Shown: positions 22,904-33,903 of the stretch, one piece after another
How positions within the stretch are numbered: the stretch's first letter is position 1
Layout of the letters: every line of letters starts with the position of its first letter
Source: Candidatus Eiseniibacteriota bacterium
GTDB lineage: Bacteria > Eisenbacteria > RBG-16-71-46
Direction of reading: 5' to 3'
NCBI GenBank assembly: GCA_963717935.1
Contig: CAVQXP010000002.1
Location: 352,001-416,000, forward strand
DNA: 64,000 nt
Notes under the pieces: generated by a model
What the model saw: the letters and a program-made list of their open reading frames with translations, nothing else
What the model was told of the DNA's origin: nothing
Databases searched by the model: none
Translations under genes and position numbers: made by a program

Positions 22904-24659
22904 ATGGGAGATGCGAGGCCGGTCCGGCGCTGGGCCACGCGGGACGTCTGGGCCGTGCCCGGCCTGCTCGCGGCGTTCCTCGCCACCCAGTACGGCTACG
23001 CGTGGCGCGTGCCGTTCCTGAACGACGACTTCGTGTTCCTCGACGTCACGCGTGGAGCCTCGTTCCTCTCGCTGTGGTCGCCGCGCCCGGCGGTCTGGCT
23101 CTGGTACCGGCCGTGGTCGCGCGAGCTGCACTACTGGACCCTGCAGGGGCTCTTCGGGACGAATGTCGTGCCGTACCACTTCGCGAGCTTCGCGCTGTGG
23201 CTGGCCCTCATGGGGCTCTACTGGACGCTGGCGCGGCGCCTGACCGGTGCGCGCGCCGCGGCGATCTCGACCGCGGGCGTAGCCGCGCTGGCCGCCTGGG
23301 GTCTGCCGCTCGTGTGGATCGCGGGCGTGCAGGACCTGTGGATGATGACGCTCGCCCTCGGCACGCTGCTCGCCTTTCTGCACGCGCGCCGGGGGCTGGC
23401 CACGGTCCTCTTCGCCCTGGCGCTGCTCAGCAAGGAGACGGCCGCGCTCGTGCCCTTCGTGGCCTTCGTCCTCGCCTGGCGCGTCGAGAAGCGCCCGCTG
23501 GGGGCGGCCTTGCGGCGCACCGCGCCGCTGCTGGCCGTGGCGGCGGCCTGGGCGCTCCTGCATCCGCTCCTCGGGGGCAGGTTGTGGCAGACAGCGCCGC
23601 TGCCGGCCGCGCCCGTCGCGAACGCCGGGCTCGCGAGCGTGGCCTGCCCGCACGCTGCTCGCCATGGTGAACCTGGATGCCGTGCCGCGGCCCGAGTTCG
23701 GCTGGAGCGGGCCGCTGCTGCTGGGCGCGGCCGGAGCGCTGTGCCTGGTCGCGCTCGCGCTCGCGGCGCTCCGGCCGCGCGTCCGGCCGGCGCGCGAGCC
23801 CGCAGTGCCGGCCCGGCGGCTCGCGGCGCTGGCCGGCGCCTGGGCCCTCGCGGGCTGGCTCCCGCTGCTCATGCCGTCGGTGGGCTGGCACGCCTACTAC
23901 GGGCTCTTCGGCATGCTGGGCGCGTGGCTGCTGCTGGGCGCGTGGCTCGCGCGCCGGCCCGTGCTCGCCCTGACGGTGGTCGCCGCGCTCGCGCTGCTGC
24001 GCCCGCTGCAGGCCGCCACCGTCTCGCGCGACTGGGGCGACGAGTGGTACCAGAGACGCGCGGCGGAGTTCATCGATTTCATGCAGCGGGACCTGCTGGC
24101 GAAGGTCCCCGCGGTGCCGCCCCACAGCCGGCTCTACTTCCTGGACGTGCCGAGCAACGTGGGCTTCCTGCAGGGCGACGGGCCGGCGCTGCGCCTCTGG
24201 TACCGGGACCCCACGGTGAGCGGAGGGCTGCTCTCCCAGTACCGCGCGCGCCCGGCGGGCTCCCCGGCGGGGCCCGACCGCTTCTTCCGCTACGACAGCC
24301 TGGCCGGGTGGATCGAGGTGCGGCGGGGGCCCGAGGACGCCGCGGCACGTTCGGCCGACCGGCTCTGGCGCGAGGACCACGAGCGGCTTGCGATCGCGCT
24401 GTCGCGCGGCGAGGACTGGCCCGGGGCGGCGGGGGAGTACGCGAAGCTCGCCGCCGCGTGCCCCGACTCCGTGGACTACCTCTACTACGCCGGGCTCGCC
24501 GCGCGCGCGGCCGGAGATTCGACCGCGGCGCGCACGTGGCTCGTCCGCGCCGCCGCCCTGCCCTCGGCCGACGACGAGGTCCGGGCAGCCGCGCGCGCTC
24601 TCGGCGCGGACGCGGCACCGGCCCCGCGGGGCGGAGCGCGCGGTGCCGTGCGGCGGTAG
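22904..24659 (+). CDS. GT-C-like membrane protein with C-terminal TPR-like tail, paralog 2 (frameshift ~23648)
   Basis: PFLNDDFVF, WYRPWSRELHYW, QDLWM, LLSKETAAL. Collinear with paralog 1 along its whole length. Confidence 0.65.
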
Positions 24660-24720
24660 CGCAAGCGCACGGCGGGTGCTAGATTGCGGCTTCCCGTTCG
24701 ACCATCACGCGAGACCCTCC

Positions 24721-25785
24721 ATGGATGCTGAAGTCCTCGCCGAGTTGCTCGGTACGCTGGTGGACATCCCCAGCGTCACCGGGCGGGAATCCGCCATCGC
24801 CGGCTTCGTGGCCGCGCGCCTGGAGCGCCGCGCCACGGGAGAGTGCCTGCGCCTGGGGGACGCGGTGGTCTGGCGCGGGCCGCGGCGCGGCCGGCCGCTG
24901 GTCGTGCTCGCGGGGCACCTCGACACCGTTCCGGGAAGGGGAACGAGCGGGCGCGCCGCGACGGCGACCGGCTCTACGGGCTGGGCGCGACCGACATGAA
25001 GGGCGGCGACGCGGTGGCGCTCGCCCTGATCGAGTCCCTGGACCCCGCCCGGCTGCGCTTCGACCTGGCGGCGGTGTTCTACGACGGGGAGGAGGGACCG
25101 CACGAGGCCAATGGCCTGGGCCGGCTGCTGGAGGGGCTGCCCTGGTTGCGCGAGGCGGCCCTTGCCGTCCTGCTCGAGCCCACGGCCGCGCAGGCGGAGC
25201 TGGGCTGCAACGGCATGATGAACGTGGAGGTGCGCGTCCACGGGAAGAGCGCTCACGCGGCGCGGCCCTGGACCGGGGAGAACGCCGTCGCGCGCGCCGC
25301 GCCCTGGCTCGCGGAGATCGTGCGCTTCCCGGTCACGCCGGTCCTCGTGCAGGGCCTCGAGTTCCGCGAGACGCTGCAGGTCACCGTGCTGCGATCCGGC
25401 GGGACGAGGAACGTGGTGCCCGACGAGCTCATGGCCAACCTCAACCACCGCTACCCTCCCGGCCGCACGCCGGCCGAGGCCGAGGCGCGGCTGCGCGCGC
25501 TGGTGCCGGCGCAGTTCGAGTTCGAGGTCGTCGACCAGGCCCCGCCGGGGCTCGTGTGTCTCGACCGCCCGCTGGTGCGCGAGTTCGTGACGCGGTTCCA
25601 CCTGGAGGTGACGGGCAAGCAGGGCTGGACCGACGTGGCGCGCTTCACGACGGCGGGGGTGCCGGCGCTGAACTTCGGCCCCGGGCTGCCCGACCTGTGC
25701 CACGTCGCCGGCGAGTACTGCCCGGTCCCGAATCTGGTGCGCGGCTTACGACTGTCTGGCGCGATTCCTCGCGGAGGGGGAGTGA
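24721..25785 (+). CDS. dapE: Succinyl-diaminopimelate desuccinylase (M20 family; frameshifted)
   Basis: LVDIPSVTG, AGHLDTVP, GLGATDMKGG, YDGEE, AHAARPW, GWTDVARF, NFGPG. Directly upstream of dapD. Confidence 0.85.
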
Positions 25786-25837
25786 TGAGTCTCGACGACC
25801 GGAGTGCCGCCACGCTGGCGGGAGCGGGGGTGGAGCC

Positions 25838-26686
25838 GTGAGCGGGCTGCCGGTCGAGCGCTGGGCCGCCGTGGTCGCGGCGGCGTACGAGGGCCGCCGC
25901 CCGCTCGAGGACGGCGAGGTGCGCGGCGCGGTCGAGGGCGCGGTCGCCGCGCTCGATTCGGGCGACCTGCGCGTGGCGGAGAAGCGCGCGCCGCAGCCGG
26001 GCGGCGTGCCGGAGTGGATCACCCACGGCTGGCTCCAGCAGGCGCTGGCGCTCTACTTCCGGCTGCGCGTCTCGCGCACCATGGAGGTCGGGCCCTTCGA
26101 GTTCCACGACAAGATCCCGCTCAAGCAGGGCCTGGCGGCGGCGGGCGTGCGCGTGGCGCCGCCGGGGGTCGCTCGCTACGGCTCGTTCCTCGAGCCGGGC
26201 GCGATCCTCATGCCGGGCTACGTCAACATCGGCGCGCGCGTGGGGGCCGGCACGCTCGTGGACACCTGGGCCACGGTGGGCTCGTGCGCCCAGATCGGCG
26301 CGCGCGTGCACCTCTCGGGCGGCGTGGGCATCGGCGGGGTGCTCGAGCCGCCGCAGAGCCGCCCGGTGATCGTCGAGGACGACTGCTTCATCGGCTCGCG
26401 CTCGATCGTGGTCGAGGGCGTGCTGGTGGAGGAGGGGGCGGTGGTCGGCGCGGGCGTGGTGCTGACCGCCTCGACCCCGATCGTGGACGTGACCGGCCGC
26501 GAGCCCGTCACCACGCGGGGGCGGGTGCCCGCGCGCGCGGTGGTCATCCCGGGCTCGCTGCCGAAGAGCTTCCCGGCCGGGACCTTCGGGGTGCCCTGCG
26601 CGCTGGTCATCGGCCGGCGGCGCGAGTCCACCGACCTGAAGACCTCGCTCAACGACGCGCTGCGCGAGCACGGAGTGCCGGTCTAG
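25838..26686 (+). CDS. dapD: Tetrahydrodipicolinate N-succinyltransferase
   Basis: LDSGDLRVAE, FHDKIPLK, YVNIGA, DTWATVGSCAQIG, GGVLEP, KTSLNDALR. Confidence 0.95.
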   Translation: MSGLPVERWAAVVAAAYEGRRPLEDGEVRGAVEGAVAALDSGDLRVAEKRAPQPGGVPEWITHGWLQQALALYFRLRVSRTMEVGPFEFHDKIPLKQGLAAAGVRVAPPGVARYGSFLEPGAILMPGYVNIGARVGAGTLVDTWATVGSCAQIGARVHLSGGVGIGGVLEPPQSRPVIVEDDCFIGSRSIVVEGVLVEEGAVVGAGVVLTASTPIVDVTGREPVTTRGRVPARAVVIPGSLPKSFPAGTFGVPCALVIGRRRESTDLKTSLNDALREHGVPV

Positions 26687-29112
26687 TGAGGAAGCGCCCG
26701 GCCACAGCGCGGCCGCGACCGGAGAAGGCGCCCGCCGGGGCGGGGCGGTCCTCGCCGGCCGCGGCGGTCCCGGAGACGCCGGCCGGGCCGCTCCCGGGCC
26801 GGGATCGCGTCGCGGTCCTGGTCACCCTCCTGCTCGCCTGGGCTCTGCTCTTCGGGCCGCAACTCTTCGCCGGACGCGTGTTCGTGATCGGTGACGCGCC
26901 CGCATTCCGTCCCTACGCCGAGTTCTCCCGCGCACGCTGGCGCGAGCACCACGAGCGCACGTTCTGGAACCCCTACGTGTTCACGGGCATCCCCGCGGCG
27001 GCGAGCCTCGCGGACCCGCGCCCGCAGTACCTGCCCGATGGCCTGCTCGACGCCTGGGACGCGCTGGATCGCGCGCCCGGAGTGCCGCGCTTGTGGGGAC
27101 CGTTGCTGGCCCATCTGGCCGGCATGCTCGCGGCCGCTGGACTGGCACGGGCGCTGTGGCGCTCGCGCGCCCCGGGCATGGCCTGGGCCGGGCTCGCCTG
27201 GGGCCTGACCCCGAACCTGGTCGTGCCCTTCGCCTTCGGCCACGACGCCCAGTTCGTGACGGCCTCGCTGATGCCGGTGACGCTGCTGGCGGTGCACGGC
27301 GTCATGGCCGCGGCGTCGCGTCCGGCCGCGTGGGCCGCGGCGCTGGGTCTGGCGCTCGCCTTCGCGCTCGCGGCCGCAGCCGGCCACCCGCAGTTCGTCC
27401 TGTTCACGTTGCTGCTCGGGGCGGCCTTCGCCCTCGAGCGCGCGCGCCGTTTCGCGCGGCCGGAACGCCTGGCGCTGGCGGCGGCGGGTGTGGCGCTCGG
27501 AGGGGCGATGGCGGCCGCGGCATGGTGGCCGGCGTTCCTCTACGGCGGGCTCTCGGTGCGCGGGGGCAGGGGGCTCCCGCTCGGCGAGGTGCAGAGCTTC
27601 AGCTTCGCGCTGCGCGACTACCTCACGCTGGCCTGGCCCTGGGGCGTGGGCTTCGGTGGGAGCACCTACTGGGGCGGCATGCGCGCCACCGACTATCCGA
27701 ACTACCTCGGGGTGGTGGCACTGCTCGCGCTGCCCGCCGCCTGGGCCGTGCGCCGGGACGCCGGGCGCGGAGCGGCCACGGTGCTGGCGGTCGCGGGACT
27801 GCTCGGCCTGACCCTGGCGCTGGGGACCCGGCTCCCGCTCTACGAGGTCGCGTACCGCTTCGTGCCGCTGGTCTCGAGCCTGCGCGTCGCGGTCGCCGGG
27901 CTGATCGTGACCCAGCTGGCCGCGGCGCTGCTCTCGGCGCGTGGCCTGGAGCGGCTGCTGGAGCGCGCATCGACGCCGCGCTGGATCCTGCCCGCGGCTG
28001 GCGCGGCCCTGCTGCTCGCGGCGGCGCTGAGCGCCGGCGGGCCGCTGCAGGGCCTGCTGCGCGACGCGGCGCTGGCCGCCCGGCCGCAGCTGGACCCGGC
28101 GACGGCGGCGAGCGCGGCGGAGTCGGCGGTTCAGGATCTCGCCCTGCGCCTCGGGCTGGTCGCGCTGGCGCTCGCCGCGCTGGGACTGACCGGACGCGCG
28201 CGGAGCTGGCGGCCGCTGGTGCTGGCGGGGCTGTTGATCTGCGACCTCGCCATCGTGGACCTCCCGCTGCTCGGCAAGGCCACCGGCCCGCTGGCGGGGC
28301 TGGCTCCGCCGTCACCGCCGCGGATCGCCCAGCTCGCGGCCGCCGATCCGCTGAGCCGGGCGTTCCCGATGGACCGCGGCCTCTTCTACTCGAACGCCTG
28401 GATCGCGTGGCGCGCCCGCTCGGTGGGGGGGCTGCATGGGGCGGTGAACCGGAGGTGGGACGACCTCTGGAGAGAGGGACTGCTCCCGCGCGCGGGCATG
28501 CTGCGCGCGCTGGCGGTGCGCTGGTTCGAAGGGAACGAGCTGCAGGCCCAGGACACGACGCGGGTCGAGGCCGTGTACCGGGCGCCCTCGGGCGTGACCG
28601 TGTACCGGCTGCGCCACCCGCTGCCGCGCGCCTACGCGGTGCCGGAGGTGATCGCCCTGAGCAGGGACCTGGACGTGCTGCGGTGCCTGTACGACGCGGG
28701 CTTCGCTCCCGAGCGGATCGCCTATACGACCGAGCCGCGCGCGGCGGGCCGCTACCCGGGGTCGGCCGCTGCCGCGCTGCGCTGGCGGCGTGACGATCCC
28801 GACCGGCTGGAGCTGGACGTGGATGCGCCCATGATGGCCTTCATCGTGCTCGCCGATGCGTGGCTGCCGGGCTGGAGCGTGGCCGTGGACGGCACGCGCG
28901 CGCCGCTCTTCCGCGTGGACCACCTGCTGCGCGGCGTGGCGGTGCCGGCGGGCAGCCACCGCGTGACGATGCGCTACGAGCCCCCGGGCCGGGCGGCGAG
29001 CGTGCCCGTGACACGGGTGGCGTTCCTGCTGTGGCTCGGGCTCGTGGTGGTGGCGGGCGTGGCGCTCGCGCGCGGCGGATCGGTGAGGCGCATCCCGGCC
29101 GGGGACGCCTGA
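26686..29112 (+). CDS. YfhO-like (GT-C) polytopic membrane protein
   Basis: FWNPYVFTGIP, GHPQ, many TM helices, C-terminal LPRAY / LADAWLPGWSVAVDG / LRGVAVPAGSHRVTMRYEP characteristic of YfhO-family proteins. Confidence 0.8.
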   Translation: MRKRPATARPRPEKAPAGAGRSSPAAAVPETPAGPLPGRDRVAVLVTLLLAWALLFGPQLFAGRVFVIGDAPAFRPYAEFSRARWREHHERTFWNPYVFTGIPAAASLADPRPQYLPDGLLDAWDALDRAPGVPRLWGPLLAHLAGMLAAAGLARALWRSRAPGMAWAGLAWGLTPNLVVPFAFGHDAQFVTASLMPVTLLAVHGVMAAASRPAAWAAALGLALAFALAAAAGHPQFVLFTLLLGAAFALERARRFARPERLALAAAGVALGGAMAAAAWWPAFLYGGLSVRGGRGLPLGEVQSFSFALRDYLTLAWPWGVGFGGSTYWGGMRATDYPNYLGVVALLALPAAWAVRRDAGRGAATVLAVAGLLGLTLALGTRLPLYEVAYRFVPLVSSLRVAVAGLIVTQLAAALLSARGLERLLERASTPRWILPAAGAALLLAAALSAGGPLQGLLRDAALAARPQLDPATAASAAESAVQDLALRLGLVALALAALGLTGRARSWRPLVLAGLLICDLAIVDLPLLGKATGPLAGLAPPSPPRIAQLAAADPLSRAFPMDRGLFYSNAWIAWRARSVGGLHGAVNRRWDDLWREGLLPRAGMLRALAVRWFEGNELQAQDTTRVEAVYRAPSGVTVYRLRHPLPRAYAVPEVIALSRDLDVLRCLYDAGFAPERIAYTTEPRAAGRYPGSAAAALRWRRDDPDRLELDVDAPMMAFIVLADAWLPGWSVAVDGTRAPLFRVDHLLRGVAVPAGSHRVTMRYEPPGRAASVPVTRVAFLLWLGLVVVAGVALARGGSVRRIPAGDA

Positions 29113-29169
29113 CCGCATCCGCGGGGGTGTCTCGAACTCCTGGCGTGCCGGGCGGCCGAAGGTCCCGGC

Positions 29170-29198
29170 TTGACCGTCCCCGGGGGCACTCCTAGACT
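29170..29198 (+). promoter_or_regulatory. Putative sigma70 promoter of the folB operon
   Basis: TTGACC (29170-29175), 17-nt spacer, TAGACT (29193-29198). Confidence 0.55.
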
Positions 29199-29312
29199 CC
29201 GGCATCGCGAGCATCCGACCATTCCCGTGGCGGCGGCCCCGGCCCAGCCGGCCTGCACTTCATGCACGCCGCCTGCGCGCCCCGGCTCGCCGCCCTCATC
29301 GTGGAGGCGTCC

Positions 29313-29672
29313 TTGGCCATCGTCCGTCTCGAAGGCCTGTCGGTTTTCGGTCATCACGGGGCCCGCCCCTACGAGAAGGAGGCTGGCCAGCGGCTCGAGG
29401 TGGATCTCGAGATCGATCCCGTGGACGACGCGGCCGAGCACAGCGATCGCCTGGCCGACGCGGTGGACTACGACGCCATCTACCGCACCGTGCGCGACGT
29501 GGTGGAGGGCCGCAGCTTCCACCTGCTGGAGGCGCTGGCCGCAGCCACCGCCGAGGAGTTGCTGGCGCACTTCACCATGCGCCGCGTCCGGGTGCGCATC
29601 GCCAAGCAGAACCTGGGCTGGACCACGGGCGGGCGGGCCGTCGTCGAAGTGACGCGGGAACGGCGCGCATGA
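29313..29672 (+). CDS. folB: Dihydroneopterin aldolase
   Basis: FGHHG..PYEK..GQRLEVD, DRLADAVDY, FHLLEALA. TTG start after GGAGG. Confidence 0.92.
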   Translation: MAIVRLEGLSVFGHHGARPYEKEAGQRLEVDLEIDPVDDAAEHSDRLADAVDYDAIYRTVRDVVEGRSFHLLEALAAATAEELLAHFTMRRVRVRIAKQNLGWTTGGRAVVEVTRERRA

Positions 29673-30166
29673 AGGCCTTCATCGGGCTGGGCTCCAACCT
29701 CGGCGAGCGCGAGTCCATGATCCGGCTCGCCCTCGACGACCTGGCGCGCCTGCCGTCCACGACCCTGGTGCGCGCTTCCTCGCTCTACGACACGGAGCCC
29801 GTGGGGGACGCGGAGCAGCCCAGCTTCCTCAACGCCGTGGCCCAGATCGAGACCGAGCTCACCGCGCGCCAGCTGCTCTGGAACCTGCTGCTGATCGAGC
29901 GCCGGCTGGGTCGCGTGCGCACCCGGCACTGGGGCCCGCGCGTGATCGACCTCGACCTGCTGCTCTACGGCGACGAGGTGCTGAACCAGCCCGACCTCAC
30001 CGTGCCGCACCCCGAGCTGGTTCGCCGCTCGTTCGTGCTCGTGCCTCTGGTGGAGCTCGACCCGCTCGTCGTCCACCCGGTGACGGGGGAGACCCTGCTC
30101 GCCCACCTGTCGCGCCTCAACAACGCCCGGCCGCCCGTGAAGAAGGGCACCCGGCTGTGGAACTGA
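29669..30166 (+). CDS. folK: 2-amino-4-hydroxy-6-hydroxymethyldihydropteridine pyrophosphokinase
   Basis: IGLGSNLG, SSLYDTEP, FLNAV, WGPRVIDLDLL, VPHP. Confidence 0.95.
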   Translation: MKAFIGLGSNLGERESMIRLALDDLARLPSTTLVRASSLYDTEPVGDAEQPSFLNAVAQIETELTARQLLWNLLLIERRLGRVRTRHWGPRVIDLDLLLYGDEVLNQPDLTVPHPELVRRSFVLVPLVELDPLVVHPVTGETLLAHLSRLNNARPPVKKGTRLWN

Positions 30167-30199
30167 CCTGCCCATGACCCGAAGCCGGCCGCAGCTCCC

Positions 30200-30854
30200 A
30201 TGACCGAGAACCGCTACATCGCCGTCGAGGGCGTGATCGGCGTGGGCAAGACGAGTCTCTCGAAGCTGCTCATCGGAGCGCCTCAAGGCGCAACTGGTGC
30301 TCGAGGAGGTCGAGGAGAACCCCTTCCTCAAGGACTTCTACAAGGACCGGGCGCGTTACGCGTTCCAGACCCAGATGCACTTCCTCTTCAGCCGCTACCA
30401 GCAACAGCGCAGCCTGCGGCAGACGGAGCTGTTCAGCGAACGCCTGGTCGCCGACTACCTGTTCCAGAAGGACCGCATCTTCGCGGGGCTGAACCTCTCG
30501 GACCGGGAGCTGGCGCTGTACGAGAAGCTGGTGGTCTGGCTCGAGCTGGACGTCGTGAAGCCCGACGTGGTGGTCTATCTGCAGGCGAGCTCCGACATCC
30601 TCATGGAGCGCATCGGCAAGCGTGGCCGGGCGTTCGAGAAGGACATGGACCGCGACTACATCAAGCAGCTCAACGAGGCCTACAACTACTTCTTCTTCCA
30701 CTACGTGGACGCGCCGCTGCTGGTGGTGAACACCAACGGGATCGACTTCGTGAACAACGCGGACGACTTCGAGGACCTGCTCCAGCGCATCGTGTCGCAC
30801 CGGCAGGGCACGGTCTATTACGCGCCGCTCGAGCGCGGGGCGGCCGGGTCGTGA
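30200..30854 (+). CDS. Deoxynucleoside kinase (frameshift ~30275)
   Basis: YIAVEGVIGVGKT P-loop, EENPFL..FY, FLFSRY, PDVVVYLQA. Confidence 0.9.
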
Positions 30855-31680
30855 GCGAGCCGAAGGGCGCGGGCCCCGGGCGCGGGCGCTGGACGGCGCC
30901 CGCCATCGCCGAGCTGAAGCGCCGCGGCGAGCTCATCGCCGTGGCGACCGCCTACGACTTCCCGACCGCGCGGCTCGCGGACGAGGCGGGCGTCGAGGTC
31001 GCTGCTGGTGGGCGACAGCCTGGGCACCGTGGTGCTGGGCTACGAGAGCACGCTGCCCGTCACCATGGCCGACATGCTGCACCACGTGAAGGCCGTGACG
31101 CGCGCACGCCCCGCCGCGCTGGTGGTGGCCGACATGCCCTTCCTGTCCTACCAGGCGAGCGTCGAGGAAGCGGTGCGCAACGCCGGGCGCTTCGTGCAGG
31201 AGGGCGGCGCCGACGCGGTCAAGCTGGAGGGCGGCGAGCGGGTCGCGCCGGCGGTGCGGCGCATCGTCGAGATCGGCATCCCGGTGATGGGGCACCTCGG
31301 GCTCACGCCCCAGTCGCTGCTCGCCTTCGGCGGCTACAAGGTGCAGGGGAGGGGCGAGGGCGAGGCCGAGCGCCTGATGCGGCGAGGCGCGGCTGCTGGA
31401 GCAGTGCGGCTGCTTCGCGCTGGTGCTCGAGGGCATCCCGGCCGCGCTGGGCGCGGCCGTGACGCGCGAGCTCGGCATCCCCACGATCGGCATCGGCGCC
31501 GGGGCGGCCTGCGACGGACAGGTGCTGGTGAGCCACGACCTGCTCGGCCTGACCCAGGGCCACGTGCCGAAGTTCGTGCGGCGTTACGCCGACCTGGCCG
31601 GGACCATGCGGGACGCGTTCGCGCGCTACGTGGCCGACGTCAAGGCGCGCCGCTTCCCGTCGGACGAGGAGTCGTATTGA
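30851..31680 (+). CDS. panB: 3-methyl-2-oxobutanoate hydroxymethyltransferase (frameshifted)
   Basis: [42 protein letters not shown]. Confidence 0.93.
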
Positions 31681-32575
31681 GCGCCCGCCGGTCGCGCCCG
31701 CCGGCCCGCCGGCCCGCGCTGCGTCGCGTCGCGAGCCCCGCGCGCGTGCATGCGCTGGTGGCCGGGCTGGAAGCGCGCCGGCCTGCGCGTGGCGTTCGTG
31801 CCCACCATGGGCGCGATCCACGAGGGGCACCTGAGCCTGGTGCGGCGCGCCCGCGCGGCGGCGGACCGCGTGGTGGCGAGCATCTTCGTCAACCCGCTGC
31901 AGTTCGGGCCGGGCGAGGACTTCGCGCGCTACCCGCGCCCCGTCCGCCGCGACCGCGACCTGCTGGCGGAGGCGGGCGTGGACCTGCTGTGGGAGCCGCG
32001 CGGCGCGGACCTCTACCCGCCCGGACACCGCACGCGCGTGAGGGTCGCGGGCCTGGGCGACGTGCTCGAGGGCGCCACGCGCCCCGGGCACTTCGACGGG
32101 CGTGACCACGGTGGTGCTCGTCCTGCTCGAGGTGGTGGCGCCGCACGTGCTGTGGCTCGGACAGAAGGACGCCCAGCAGGCGCTGCTGATCGAGCGCATG
32201 GTGCGCGACCTGCGCCTGCCGGTGAAGGTGCGGCGCGGCCCGACGGTGCGCGAGCCCGACGGGCTGGCGATGTCCTCGCGCAACGCCTACCTGTCGCCCG
32301 CGGAGCGCGCGCAGGCGGTGGCGCTGTCGCGCGGCCTGGCCGCGGCCCGCGCCGCGCTGGTGGCGGGCGAGCGCTCGGCGGCGCGCGTGGCGCGGGCGGT
32401 GCGCGCGGTGTGGCGCCGCCACCCGCTGGTGCGCGAGGACTACGTGGCGGTGGTGGACGCGCAGACGCTCGAGCCGGTGAAGGACGTGCGCGCGGCGCGC
32501 CGGCTGCTGGTCGCGGTGGCCGCGCGCGTAGGTCCCGCGCGGCTCATCGACAACTTCGAGTGGAGCCGGCGATGA
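31677..32575 (+). CDS. panC: Pantoate-beta-alanine ligase (frameshifted)
   Basis: [51 protein letters not shown]. Confidence 0.93.
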
Positions 32576-33216
32576 GCGCGCGGCGGGTGGCATCGGCGCG
32601 GCCACGACGCGGGACGGCAGAGCGGGCAACGGGCGGTGAGCCGAAACGCCTCCGGCCGGCCGCCCCGGCGGGCGCACGGGGCGCGCTCGAGCGGCTGTGG
32701 GCTCCGTGGCGGATGGCGTATGTCGGCCGGGCGCAGGAGCCGGCCGGTTGTCTGTTCTGCCGGGTGGCCCGCGCGCGCGCCGACCGGCCGCTCCTGGTCC
32801 TGGCGCGCCGGCCGCACGCCTTCCTGATGCTGAACCGCTACCCGTACAACGGCGGGCACCTGATGGTGGCGGTGCGCGAGCACCGGGCCTGCTTCGCGCG
32901 TCTCACGGCGGAGGAGCGCGCGGACCTGCTGGAGCTCGTGGGGCTTGCGGAACGGGCCCTGGAGACGGAGTATCACCCGCACGGCATGAACTTCGGCGTG
33001 AACGTCGGGCGCGTGGCCGGCGCCGGTTTCCCCGGGCATCTGCACATGCACGTGGTGCCGCGCTGGGACGGCGACACCAATTTCATGGCGGCGGTCGGCG
33101 AGACCCGCGTGCTCCCGGAGTCCCTGGCGCGGACCTGGATCCGTCTGCGCCGGGCCATCCGGATGCTCGAACGGGGGCCGGGCGGGCGACGGAGGGCGCG
33201 TGGCCCGAAGGGGTGA
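32572..33216 (+). CDS. HIT family hydrolase (Ap4A phosphorylase-like)
   Basis: LWAPWRMAY, CLFC, LNRYPYNGGHLM, HLHMHVVPRWDGDTNFM. Confidence 0.9.
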   Translation: MSARRVASARPRRGTAERATGGEPKRLRPAAPAGARGALERLWAPWRMAYVGRAQEPAGCLFCRVARARADRPLLVLARRPHAFLMLNRYPYNGGHLMVAVREHRACFARLTAEERADLLELVGLAERALETEYHPHGMNFGVNVGRVAGAGFPGHLHMHVVPRWDGDTNFMAAVGETRVLPESLARTWIRLRRAIRMLERGPGGRRRARGPKG

Positions 33217-33625
33217 GGCGCTGGCACGCGCGGGCACGGGCCTCCTCGCGTTGGTCGTCGTGGCGCTTCTGCTCTCGTGGGTCTGGGCCCGTTTCGGGGC
33301 CGGTCGCGCCGGGGATGGCGCGGGCGCGGTGCAGCCCGTGGTCCGCGTGCAGGTGCTGAACGGCTCGGGTGAGGGGGGAGTGGCGGGACGGCTGGCCTCC
33401 AGCCTGCGGGAGGGCGGCTTCCGCGTCGTGGAGGTGCGGAATGCGGACCGCGACGACTACTTCGCCACGCTCGTGGTGGCGCGGCGCGAGGACCCCGCGG
33501 GCGCGCTGGCCGTGGCGCGCTACCTCGGTGGCCCGCCGGTGATCCGCCAGGCGCTGGGTTCCGATCGGGTTGATGTCACGGTGGTGCTCGGGAGCGACCG
33601 TAGCCGGCTCCGCCTCGGTCAATAG
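33200..33625 (+). CDS. Membrane-anchored LytR C-terminal (LytR_C) domain protein
   Basis: N-terminal TM helix, VQVLNGSG..GVA, VRNAD, DVTVVLGSD. Confidence 0.8.
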   Translation: MARRGEALARAGTGLLALVVVALLLSWVWARFGAGRAGDGAGAVQPVVRVQVLNGSGEGGVAGRLASSLREGGFRVVEVRNADRDDYFATLVVARREDPAGALAVARYLGGPPVIRQALGSDRVDVTVVLGSDRSRLRLGQ

Positions 33626-33649
33626 GCAGGTCTCACAAAGGAGGTCAAG

Positions 33650-33886
33650 GTGTTCGGATTCGGTCCCGGCGAGATGATGATCGTGTTCATCATCGTGCTC
33701 CTCATCTTCGGGCCCAGCCAGCTGCCCAAGCTCGCCAAGGGCCTGGGGAACGCCATGCGCGAGTTCCGCAAGGCGCAACACGAGATCTCCGACGAGCTGA
33801 ACCGGGATTCGACGGAGACCAAGCCCGACGTCCCGCACAAGCCCGCGGACGCCACGCCTCCCGAGAACAACAAGCCCGTCCAGTAG
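33650..33886 (+). CDS. tatA: Twin-arginine translocase TatA/E subunit
   Basis: GPGEMMIVFIIVLLIFGPSQLPKLAKGLGNAMREFRKA. AAGGAGG Shine-Dalgarno. Confidence 0.93.
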   Translation: MFGFGPGEMMIVFIIVLLIFGPSQLPKLAKGLGNAMREFRKAQHEISDELNRDSTETKPDVPHKPADATPPENNKPVQ

Positions 33887-33903
33887 CGCGGCGCCAGGAA
33901 CGG

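Noticed and set aside
29200..29312. Riboswitch (THF/ZTP) in the folB leader
   Set aside because: No recognisable conserved aptamer motifs by eye. An Rfam scan would be needed.
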